Positions 55,937-64,000 of a stretch of 64,000 bases of DNA are shown here, piece by piece. The stretch lies in IMG/VR virus record IMGVR_UViG_3300046171_000155, one strand, 5' to 3'. The notes under the pieces are model-generated. The model worked only from the letters and a program-made list of their open reading frames with translations, was not told where the DNA came from and ran no database searches. The number at the start of each line of letters is the position of its first letter. Within the stretch, counting starts at the first letter, position 1. The DNA comes from a virus. The position numbers were made by a program, and so were the translations under genes.

Positions 55937-56520
55937 TAACCTCCAAGGTTAAGTTGTTTTGTGCACCATTCTATGTGCTCTTTCATCTGCTGTACAGTCA
56001 ATGCCTTTGCATACTCTTTGATCATAACCTCTGGACCCTGACGTCCATCTAGATCAGGGAGTGATCCATAAACACTCTTATACTCTTTCAGCATTTCTGA
56101 CTCTTTCGCATGAGCGAGAAGTTTTACTGCATCACCATAACCCATGGGGAAGTATGCGACATAAAGGTGTCGCTTATACTCTTCACCAAACATAGCACGG
56201 AAGTACATGCCATTCTCATAAGGGTTTTTCTGAGACAAACCTCGCATAATAGTGCCTGAAAAGTCTAAAGTTCTCGAGCAGATTCCACGAGCCTTAGAAG
56301 AACCACCAGTACCAATATACTTAACACGAGGGTCTAAATGATCAGGAGTATCGTTCATGATCTCTCCAGTTTCATCATAAGCATAGAGGTAACAACCGCC
56401 CATGTTAAAACCGTTGGAATCTTTTTTAGCGAACCCCACATACTTATCGTCGAACTTCGCGCGAGTATCGTTAGGGAAAATAGGAACCCACTTAGTCCAA
56501 ACATTCAAATCATTCATCAC
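55933..56520 (-). CDS. GIY-YIG-like protein
   Basis: GCYLY...YIG, R, E; own family B promoter. Confidence 0.5.
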   Translation of the reverse strand: MMNDLNVWTKWVPIFPNDTRAKFDDKYVGFAKKDSNGFNMGGCYLYAYDETGEIMNDTPDHLDPRVKYIGTGGSSKARGICSRTLDFSGTIMRGLSQKNPYENGMYFRAMFGEEYKRHLYVAYFPMGYGDAVKLLAHAKESEMLKEYKSVYGSLPDLDGRQGPEVMIKEYAKALTVQQMKEHIEWCTKQLNLGGY

Positions 56521-56546
56521 TCAACTCCTCATCAATTTACACATAT

Positions 56547-56599
56547 AGTATAGTACATGTTGTAAAAATAAGCAACAGGCAATTTAGGTAATTTTACAC
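56547..56599 (-). promoter_or_regulatory. Early promoter module (family B)
   Basis: TTGCTT-17-TATACT; box GGTAATTTTACAC at 56587. Confidence 0.7.
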
Positions 56600-56613
56600 A
56601 TTTCTTCGAAGGA

Positions 56614-57084
56614 TCAAGCTAAAAACTCTTCAAGTGTAGAAGGTGTAGAAAGTTCCAAAATAGGTTTCTGTTCGCTATAGTAAACAGATTTATTTTTACT
56701 TCTAGAAACCCATCTAAGATTTTCAGCGCGAAAATCATTCTTAATAGCATTGATGTGATCAATTTCCCAAAGTTCTTTGTCTATCAAGGATTTTACTGAT
56801 GTTGGGGTTTTAATCCAATCTTCTTTGGATATCCCTTCAGGTATTGGTTTTTTGACCCAAGCAGATGCCACTAACTGATGTACATTTGGATTCTTAGATT
56901 TACCGTTCATCCTAACGCCTACTTTGGGGTATGGTGTGTTGCCGCACACCCGAGGCGTCATGAACTTATTTGTCAGTAAACTATAGATTTTTCCACAAGA
57001 AGAAACCAGATAATTTTTCAGCATCTCTCCTTTATAATAAGGGTGTCTATATTCTATTCTGTTGATCGTCCGTTCTGCTTTCAT
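56614..57084 (-). mobile_element. Free-standing NUMOD4/HNH homing endonuclease
   Basis: YLVSSCGKIYS, VHQLVA, IDHINAIKNDFRAENLRWVS. Confidence 0.8.
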
Positions 57085-57155
57085 GTCAAAGTTCCTCATC
57101 AATTTACAAAGGAATTATACATAATTAAAACAAGTTGGGCAACAACTTTCTGATA

Positions 57156-57722
57156 CTAATTTGGAATAGTGCTATAACTTTTCAGTATATAGTCTACGAT
57201 AGTCTTAGTGTCTTCGGGTGTTTCGTGTTTGAAGTCGACAACACACCCTTTCTCCTCGCCGAAGACTGTTTGCTTATCACCAAATTGCTCAATGATGTTC
57301 TGGCATTTGGTTTGAGTCGTCTTGATGAATTTCTCTGATTGGTTTGACCCTCTCTTCTCATACCGACGTTCACGTTCCTCTTTGGAGGAAGTTATGTGGA
57401 CTATGGTTAGGTGAGGTTCACAACAATGGAAAAATGTCTTGTTGTTAAGCCGGTCGCCTTCTCCGACTATGAACTCATCAGGTCGAGTCGAGATCCAGTC
57501 TACTGCTCTAGGTGGCACTGCCATACTTAACCTGTCAGTGCCGTCGAAAGTCCCTTCGTTGTCGTCTTCATACTTACCCAGAACACGCAGGTTTCCTGCC
57601 ACATGCGTATCAAGCAACTCAACAACCCGCTCTTGTTTCCAATCATTAAACCGACTCATCAGTTCTTTCATGATAGTCGACTTGCCAGTTCCAGGCATAC
57701 CAATGATGTAAAAGATCTTCAT
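57156..57722 (-). CDS. P-loop nucleotide/DNA kinase associated with base modification
   Basis: GMPGTGKS, LGKY, GTDRLSMAV, EGDRL, RGSNQ. Confidence 0.8.
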   Translation of the reverse strand: MKIFYIIGMPGTGKSTIMKELMSRFNDWKQERVVELLDTHVAGNLRVLGKYEDDNEGTFDGTDRLSMAVPPRAVDWISTRPDEFIVGEGDRLNNKTFFHCCEPHLTIVHITSSKEERERRYEKRGSNQSEKFIKTTQTKCQNIIEQFGDKQTVFGEEKGCVVDFKHETPEDTKTIVDYILKSYSTIPN

Positions 57723-59137
57723 GCGAAAAAGTCCTCAAGTGATATTTCTTCTTTCATCGCAACTGCTTCAGGATGATAGAGACGAAGCATATCTTCTCCA
57801 CCGCGTTGAGTCAAGTACTCATACCACTCTTCTTCACCCCACATACTTGGAGAAACGCCATTCCAATATGGTCTCCAGAGTCTATGGTCTTCGTTTTTAC
57901 GACGGTCGTCGACATAATCGCGACGTAGATGCTCATAGTCCCAAGAACCAAGTTTCATCATATCCTCACGGAAGTAGAACACGAGCGACATACGCAGTAG
58001 ATCATCTACACCGGAGTCTGGTGCCTCAATAGGAGTATTACCATGAATGATGCGCATGTTATCGACCAGAAGTAGATCGCCTGGACGGACATTAATAGCG
58101 GCACGAACCTCTGGTGTAACAAGATATCCACCCTTCCAGTCTTTCTTACCGTCGCTGATCACAGTCAGGTTTGAGAACCCTTCGTTAAGTGACCCAGCAT
58201 CTCGGTGACATGCCATCCGAGCATTACGTTCGCTAGTAGTGGTGTTGACGGTGATCGTGGTAAAGGTTGTGTCCTCGCCAATCAAGAACTTGTTATCAAG
58301 TTGGTCCGAAAACCCTTTCTGATTACCGTATCGACTTGGCAGTAACTCACGGAATACTTTGTCGAGTCGACGCGCAAACGGATAACACTTCTCAAACTTC
58401 TCACGGTGATGGTCGGTGTATGCTGTCGCACGACCATATGGGATGCGAGGGTATCGACCATAGAACCCAGCGATACCGGACCAGATAGCAGTAGCATAGT
58501 TGGTCGAAGAGATCATCTCCTTTCTAACACTTTTAGCATAAGCAGAAGCTTCCTCAATAGACATACCCGCCAGCTTATCCATCATCTTCGGGAAGAACTC
58601 TTTATATGAACCAAACTCTGGTTCAACCTTGGTGCGCAACCAAACACCACCACGGATCTCATCTTCTGCTTTCTCGTGTTTCTTCTCAAAATTCTCGAGC
58701 ATATCTCCACCTTCTAGATCAAGCGGTTGATTCTGCTCATACCAAGCAAGAACGTCTTGCTGGAATCCAGTCACCCAATCACGGTTGCCCTGAGTTTCTT
58801 CGCGTGGACCTGCTGCCATACCTCGGTTGTTAGACTCGATCGCGGCATCGAACAGACCTTCGAACGCACCGTCTTGCTCATCTTGTGTGAATACGTTTTT
58901 GCGAAACTTAAACGCGACATTAGACTCATCCTCTACGGGAGTGTCGTTGAACATCGCATTACCTGATGGAAGATAGAAGTCAGTATCCCCATCAACTAAA
59001 ATATCATATGATTCTTCGTTCGCGAACTGCCCCAAGATCTTTTCTTGTGGTTCTACAAACTGGGCAACATAAACATCCTGCCCTTCGTCACCCTTGTACT
59101 TCTTCCAAGAGCGACCATTAATTTCAATTAATTCCAT
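57719..59137 (-). CDS. TET/JBP-family 2OG-Fe(II) dioxygenase
   Basis: FTTITVN, HRD (HxD), HGNTPI, RMSLVFYFRE. Confidence 0.8.
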   Translation of the reverse strand: MELIEINGRSWKKYKGDEGQDVYVAQFVEPQEKILGQFANEESYDILVDGDTDFYLPSGNAMFNDTPVEDESNVAFKFRKNVFTQDEQDGAFEGLFDAAIESNNRGMAAGPREETQGNRDWVTGFQQDVLAWYEQNQPLDLEGGDMLENFEKKHEKAEDEIRGGVWLRTKVEPEFGSYKEFFPKMMDKLAGMSIEEASAYAKSVRKEMISSTNYATAIWSGIAGFYGRYPRIPYGRATAYTDHHREKFEKCYPFARRLDKVFRELLPSRYGNQKGFSDQLDNKFLIGEDTTFTTITVNTTTSERNARMACHRDAGSLNEGFSNLTVISDGKKDWKGGYLVTPEVRAAINVRPGDLLLVDNMRIIHGNTPIEAPDSGVDDLLRMSLVFYFREDMMKLGSWDYEHLRRDYVDDRRKNEDHRLWRPYWNGVSPSMWGEEEWYEYLTQRGGEDMLRLYHPEAVAMKEEISLEDFFA

Positions 59138-60119
59138 AAAATTCCTCTAAACCTATAGATTGATTACGGGGATCGAAATCTCCAGTATCCAAGAATAACT
59201 CCATTCTACTCTTATCAATCGAGTTTGTCAAGTACTCTACTGGTATTTTTTCTTGCCTAGCATCCCACATTGGTCGCCAATCAATACCAGACCAATTGTC
59301 TTTCTCGACCTTCTTAATTTCTTCGGCCTGTCTGTCAAGGTAGTATCCAAGATACCTACCGTCTCGTTTTCGGAACAACTTCTTGAAAGAACACAGCGCG
59401 GTTTCCATAGCAAAATAGTCTGCGGTTCCTTTTACTTTAGGAAATTGTTGCTTCACTTCCGCAAGTAACTCCCGTCCTTCAGACTCTAGAAAATCGACCT
59501 GAGTTTGGTCGAGTTTTTGATCGATCCATTCTTCCTTGCCTACCGCATAGCACAACCCATTGCGGTGAGACCTAGAACCGCTGTAGTCATGTAACCACAA
59601 ACTGTCTACGTCGACGTCAATATTACAGCACTGCTTCAGCGTCTGGATATAGAACCATGAAGAGTATCGACCGAACTTATGCCAAGAGTTTACTGTATCC
59701 CAAAGCGAATAAAAGTCTTTGGTCGGATCACCTACAAAGTTCTCGGTCAATGCCTCACGTTGCGTGCGCTCTCCAACAAACTCTTTGTATGAGATAAACT
59801 GTGACGGTAGGTGTCCCTTGTTCCACTTAGTGTCGGTCTGATACCGGAGACGTTTGTAGTTTTCGTTGTTCCACTCGGTGAGTCGTTCGACGCCAACGAG
59901 TTCCATATCAGGGAATTCGTTCCAGACAACATAGGAAGTCGGCCAGTAGTATGTTGTCCCATATAACCAAGACAACCAAAGTTTTTGCTCTGTGTTGTAT
60001 TCGAACCGATCGAAGAAGTAGTTTGTCATAAACAGCGCGGAGTCGCAGTCTTCTATTTCTAAAGACTTTCCGAACCAATCAACAAACGCTTCCTTACGGT
60101 TTTCGCGGTAGTCAATCAA
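59124..60119 (-). CDS. alpha-glutamyl/putrescinyl-thymine pyrophosphorylase (aGPT-PPlase2)/amino acid:DNA transferase-like
   Basis: HhH-glycosylase-like KFGRYSSWFY, METALCSFKK, RY.GYY.DRQ. Confidence 0.75.
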   Translation of the reverse strand: MIDYRENRKEAFVDWFGKSLEIEDCDSALFMTNYFFDRFEYNTEQKLWLSWLYGTTYYWPTSYVVWNEFPDMELVGVERLTEWNNENYKRLRYQTDTKWNKGHLPSQFISYKEFVGERTQREALTENFVGDPTKDFYSLWDTVNSWHKFGRYSSWFYIQTLKQCCNIDVDVDSLWLHDYSGSRSHRNGLCYAVGKEEWIDQKLDQTQVDFLESEGRELLAEVKQQFPKVKGTADYFAMETALCSFKKLFRKRDGRYLGYYLDRQAEEIKKVEKDNWSGIDWRPMWDARQEKIPVEYLTNSIDKSRMELFLDTGDFDPRNQSIGLEEFYGIN

Positions 60120-60758
60120 AAGAAAGATTCCAATGTGTTTTCATTAAAGAGTGCGTCACGCAACCAGTATTCGCCGACGTCATTAATCGCCTTCTCGACT
60201 TTCTCGGTTTTCTTCGCACCGAACCCATGCGACTCAAGCGAGTCTGACTTTAACTGCTCTCTCACCTTTGAGTCAGGCAACGCTGAGTCCGGATCTTTTA
60301 CTGCCAACTCTCGGAATGTTAGTTGCTCGTGTAGGTTGGGAAAAATAGGAACATTACAGCGAAGTGAACCAGAAGGATCGACGCCCCAGAAGAGTGTGCC
60401 ATTGCGTTTATGCCAAGTCACTGAGCTAGGTGTGCAAGACATCTTCAATCTCTGCATACCCTGTCTGTGCGCCTCGCCCATTACTTCCCAATAAACTTTA
60501 GAGGCATACCCATTACCCTCCATACCTTCAAGGGTTACGATCTCATACAAGTTAGCATACTTGCTTCGGGCACTAAATGTTATGAAAACAAGAGCGACGG
60601 GGCGGCCTGTTATCTTCGAGGACAAAGGGCGCTTGCTTTTCGTAGTTTTTAAAACGAAACCAAAGGTTGTGGGCAGACTTTAAGAACTTGGTATTTTGCC
60701 CCTCTGGTTGCGATTCTAAGAGAGACTCAACTTGCTCTTTAGTATATCGAATCAGCAT
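60116..60758 (-). CDS. GNAT acetyltransferase (extra A near 60609)
   Basis: YANLYEIVT..GMEGNGYAS (motif A); fused frame VLEDNGRPVALVFI. Confidence 0.7.
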
Positions 60759-61423
60759 TGTAGATCTTCCAATTGTGGATCATAATATGTTTGGTCGGCG
60801 ATCAAAGAACTGCTCACGTCATACTTATAGTGGACCATAGGGTCACATTTTGAAATGCCAAAGGTAAGTCCGGAGCGAACGAAAATGTCTCGCGTCGAAG
60901 CGAATATGTAACCGTTCCATCTTTCTGCTCGCCACAAGGGTCTTTCGTGATTACGGAAAGCGTGGAGTCGGTCCTCTTCAAGCGCAACTACAGACATACT
61001 TCTGTCTTTGTAGGTATCTAGTGGGTGATCACCTTTCTCGATGCAACGCAGAATCAGTTCGGAATCATTCATCGTCTGAGTCTCATATTCCCAAACTTCT
61101 GGGTCCTGAGAGATGACACCGTTATGAGCAATAGAAATTCCATTACCCTGAAATGGTTGGTTGTATCGAAGGTCTGAGGTTGAATATCGGATATGACCGA
61201 TCAACTTCAGTGAGTCGTTAAAAACGAAGTCTTTGATGCTATGGTCTTTTAGGAACTCGGTGACGGGAACTGGTTCTTTGATTGTCTTCAGACCATGCTG
61301 TGTCACATAAGTAACACCAGTGGCATGCTTACCACGGATCATGGTTTGTCGAAAAATACGATCAACTAGGTTAATATCTTCCTCGACAATATCAGTCAGA
61401 TATACACCAATTACGCCACACAT
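60752..61423 (-). CDS. Class II (Ntn) glutamine amidotransferase
   Basis: MCGVIG (Cys2), RG.HATG, GHIRYST, QP, HNG.I, NDSE, RPL. Confidence 0.9.
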   Translation of the reverse strand: MCGVIGVYLTDIVEEDINLVDRIFRQTMIRGKHATGVTYVTQHGLKTIKEPVPVTEFLKDHSIKDFVFNDSLKLIGHIRYSTSDLRYNQPFQGNGISIAHNGVISQDPEVWEYETQTMNDSELILRCIEKGDHPLDTYKDRSMSVVALEEDRLHAFRNHERPLWRAERWNGYIFASTRDIFVRSGLTFGISKCDPMVHYKYDVSSSLIADQTYYDPQLEDLQC

Positions 61424-61448
61424 AATACCCTCACTTGATCATAATAAA

Positions 61449-61533
61449 TGGTGCGAAAGGAGAGACTCGAACTCTCACGCCTTGCGGCACTGGTACCTAA
61501 AACCAGCGTGTCTACCAATTCCACCACTCTCGC
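61449..61533 (-). tRNA. tRNA-Leu(UAG)
   Basis: Long variable arm, TAG, CCA. Confidence 0.95.
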
Positions 61534-61537
61534 AAAA

Positions 61538-61613
61538 TGGCTGGCGAGGCAGGGCTCGAACCTGCGACAACATGATTAACAGTCATGCGTTCTACCAACT
61601 GAACTACTCGCCA
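61538..61613 (-). tRNA. tRNA-Asn(GUU)
   Basis: Cloverleaf, GTT, CCA. Confidence 0.95.
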
Positions 61614-61625
61614 AATTATGGGTAT

Positions 61626-61654
61626 ATTATAATACATTAGGGGCCGTTTGTCAA
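61626..61654 (-). promoter_or_regulatory. Consensus sigma70 promoter driving tRNA-Asn/Leu and the modification operon
   Basis: TTGACA-17-TATAAT. Confidence 0.8.
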
Positions 61655-61670
61655 CATCCCTTAAATCTTT

Positions 61671-62264
61671 TTATGCCACCTCTTCTGCTTGTGGTATTGC
61701 ATTGCGCAAATACCCAAGTATATTTTCAGGAGTGGTCATTTCATACGGATCATCATCCGCGTTATCTCGGATACTTGCTTCACGGAACAATGCCTCGATC
61801 ACACCATCGGTGACGACCATTGCGTATCGCCAAGAACGGTATCCAAATCCTAGATTGTCTTTGTCAACAAGCATTCCCATCTCACGTGTAAAGTGACCAG
61901 ATCCATCTGGAATCACTTTGACTCGCTTGAGTTCTTGTTGACGTGCCCATGCGTTCATCACGAAAGAGTCGTTCACGGACATACAGTAAATGTCGTCAAT
62001 ACCAAGATCAACAAACTGATCAAACTTCTCTTCGAATGTCGGTAACTGCATAGTGGAACATGTCGGCGTAAATGCGCCAGGCAGTGAGAAAATTACAACA
62101 CGACGACCTTCTGTGTAGTCAGCCATCGTAGTCTCTTCCCAACGATATGGGTTAGGACCATCTATCTCATCATCACGTACTCGTGTCTGAAACGTTGCTT
62201 CGGGCAACGTATCGCCTACTTTCATTCCGGTGATTTTCATCCACCGATCATCATTATCTGTCAT
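61671..62264 (-). CDS. Peroxiredoxin (Prx5/PGdx-type)
   Basis: SLPGAFTPTCS, SVNDSFVM.AW, GFGYRSWRYA. Confidence 0.9.
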   Translation of the reverse strand: MTDNDDRWMKITGMKVGDTLPEATFQTRVRDDEIDGPNPYRWEETTMADYTEGRRVVIFSLPGAFTPTCSTMQLPTFEEKFDQFVDLGIDDIYCMSVNDSFVMNAWARQQELKRVKVIPDGSGHFTREMGMLVDKDNLGFGYRSWRYAMVVTDGVIEALFREASIRDNADDDPYEMTTPENILGYLRNAIPQAEEVA

Positions 62265-62641
62265 CAATCCTCCATCTCTGACAAATCTATGACTCCATCG
62301 TGAAGCCACTTCTCTTCAAGTTGGGTTAACTTCTCGTTCTCATACTGTCGTGCTTCTAGTTCGTCGGGGTGATTCTGATACCCTTTGAGAAAGTTCAACC
62401 AAACATATCGTATATAGAACTTGATTATACCCATGCGTTTGATCTGATAGCAGTGCTGCAACTCATGTCGATACAACTTAACGAGCGATCGTCGTGTCAT
62501 CAACTCAGACTGCGCAACTGATCCAGTCGCATATTTCTTAGGTCGCATGATCACATACGGCCATAGGACCACACCACGGAAACGAGACTTCCAAGGAAAG
62601 ATTGATTGAGATTCTTCCCTATAGACTATCTTAAACTTCAT
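62264..62641 (-). CDS. HExxH hypothetical protein
   Basis: RHELQHCYQ, P.E.EA. Confidence 0.6.
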   Translation of the reverse strand: MKFKIVYREESQSIFPWKSRFRGVVLWPYVIMRPKKYATGSVAQSELMTRRSLVKLYRHELQHCYQIKRMGIIKFYIRYVWLNFLKGYQNHPDELEARQYENEKLTQLEEKWLHDGVIDLSEMED

Positions 62642-62758
62642 CCTTCCCCCACCTACGTAGTGTCTCTCTGTGTATGGTTTTATGGGAGTAGTACATCGTA
62701 ATACCGCCAAATACCATAGGACACATAAAGACTGCGAGAAGACCAAACATCCCTATAC

Positions 62759-63019
62759 TCATTTATAAAGATTTCCGTACAGAGTTCCCATTATTCTATG
62801 ATGGACAACTTCACGACCTTCGGTGTCTTCAGTACCGCCACACCAAGTACACTCTTCATCTTTACCGATCCAGATGTCGCCTTCAAACATGCAGTTATGG
62901 TTCCACACTATGGTTGACATATTTGTCCAGAAACACTCGTTGAATGTCTTATCCCAGACTTCGTTCCCTGTTCTTGAAATAGGTGACTCTGCGATCTGTA
63001 TTAAATTATCCCAACTCAC
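62759..63019 (-). CDS. Hypothetical protein with Zn-finger-like motif
   Basis: W.HNC...ECTWCG. Confidence 0.55.
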   Translation of the reverse strand: MSWDNLIQIAESPISRTGNEVWDKTFNECFWTNMSTIVWNHNCMFEGDIWIGKDEECTWCGGTEDTEGREVVHHRIMGTLYGNLYK

Positions 63020-63234
63020 CTTGAGTCCTCGCGCTCTGCGATTGCCTCCTGACTAAATCCGCGCATTGCAAGTTCATTGCGCATCTTTCTTTTTTGTTTC
63101 TTGTTACTTGTACTGAAGAACTCGTTCCACAATTGTGTGTTGTCGAGTTGGTGCATATAGTAATGCTTGTTAGTGTTACGCGAACGCGCAATCACACTCT
63201 TGTAGACTTGACTTTGCTTGTACTTTACTGGCAT
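63016..63234 (-). CDS. Hypothetical protein
   Basis: MPVKYKQS...K.RNEL..RG. Confidence 0.55.
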   Translation of the reverse strand: MPVKYKQSQVYKSVIARSRNTNKHYYMHQLDNTQLWNEFFSTSNKKQKRKMRNELAMRGFSQEAIAEREDSR

Positions 63235-63248
63235 AATATAGATTCCTT

Positions 63249-64000
63249 TTATCCTGCAGAGATTTTGAGTGTTCCCAAATCGTTCCAAAGTTGACCCGCA
63301 TTCAATGGGTCTGTTGTAGGTAAGTTACTGAAAACGACTGTCGCGCCGCTTGCAGTAAGATCTGTCATCGTTACGCCAGCACCAAACGTCCAATCGTTTG
63401 TAGTGTTGTACGTTAGCGAACCAGCAGCAGATGTACGAATGTCAATTCCGTACTGGGTTGCAACGGCAGAATTACCACCTGTTGCTGCAAGAACGATAGT
63501 ATTGTTCGCATTCGCCTTAGCGCCACGACCGAGCGCCAAAGAAGCACTACCCGTTCCACCTGCGAACGGGCCAACTGCTGTGGTTTCTGTTCCTGTTGTT
63601 ATAGAGGAATTGGTACCAATGGCAACACTTGACGCTGAAGCTTCGGCGTTTTGTCCGATTGATATGCCTTGCGCACCTTTCACTTCAGTATTAGATCCAA
63701 TTGCAATACCATCGGTATTTGTATTAGTGTCAGCAGATAATCCAATTGCTATAGCATTTGTTGATAATGCCTGTGCACTATTTCCTAATGCTACAGAAGA
63801 CGTACCAGTGGCATCTGCCCCATTACCAATTGCGACTGAACGCGAAGATGACGCTACTGCCGAGGTGCCCATCGCAATAGTGTCTGCCTGAGATGAAGTC
63901 GCAGAACGACCAATAGCAATTGCATCTTCATAAGTGGCATTCGATCCTCTGCCCAATGAAAGGGTAAAGAGCGCAGTTGCGTTAGCATCATAACCTATCG
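63249..64000 (-). CDS. Tail fibre/adhesin with YadA-like head repeats (partial)
   Basis: (S/A)(V/I)A(I/L)G 14-aa repeats; C-terminal LPTTDP..AGQLWND.GTLKISAG. Confidence 0.8.
   Translation of the reverse strand, partial: IGYDANATALFTLSLGRGSNATYEDAIAIGRSATSSQADTIAMGTSAVASSSRSVAIGNGADATGTSSVALGNSAQALSTNAIAIGLSADTNTNTDGIAIGSNTEVKGAQGISIGQNAEASASSVAIGTNSSITTGTETTAVGPFAGGTGSASLALGRGAKANANNTIVLAATGGNSAVATQYGIDIRTSAAGSLTYNTTNDWTFGAGVTMTDLTASGATVVFSNLPTTDPLNAGQLWNDLGTLKISAG

Noticed and set aside
50542-60758. Programmed frameshifts or pseudogenes in the exonuclease, peroxidase and GNAT
   Set aside because: No slippery heptamers, and they belong to a window-wide indel pattern best explained by sequencing error.
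52870-61533. tRNAs with TGA and TAG anticodons as stop suppressors or recoding
   Set aside because: These anticodons read UCA (Ser) and CUA (Leu); all three stop codons terminate genes normally here.

Overview
A 64-kb segment of a large T4-like (Tevenvirinae-type) myophage genome, probably from a marine proteobacterial host (inferred from gene content). Layout from left to right: (1) baseplate, tail and head-completion genes (gp53, gp48, gp4, gp2, gp54, gp26, gp51, a gp29-like gene) plus gp32 and gp33, with many T4 late promoters (TATAAATA). (2) Cassettes of small early genes driven by repeated sigma70-like promoter modules that share a 13-bp box. (3) A glycan-modification cluster: several glycosyltransferases, radical SAM, carbamoyltransferase, methyltransferase and a degenerate sulfotransferase. 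(4) Lysozyme, MTA/SAH nucleosidase, apt and nrdAB. (5) A block of genes whose N-termini resemble the T4 capsid-targeting sequence, including a ligase-superfamily protein and a HIGH-type nucleotidyltransferase. (6) Seven tRNAs interspersed with structured non-coding RNAs, a di-heme cytochrome c peroxidase, a PsiE-like protein and a peroxiredoxin. (7) A five-gene DNA-hypermodification operon: class II glutamine amidotransferase, GNAT, aGPT-PPlase/amino-acid:DNA transferase, TET/JBP dioxygenase and P-loop kinase. About ten genes are split by single-base indels that look like long-read errors. The best candidates for undescribed biology are the TET-fed base-hypermodification operon, the capsid-packaged ligase/nucleotidyltransferase/polyprotein cassette, a ~150-nt late structured RNA after tRNA-Ala, tandem abiF-like pseudoknots after tRNA-Tyr, and a putative -1 frameshift joining gp26 to gp51. 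All family calls come from motif recognition by eye; no searches were run.
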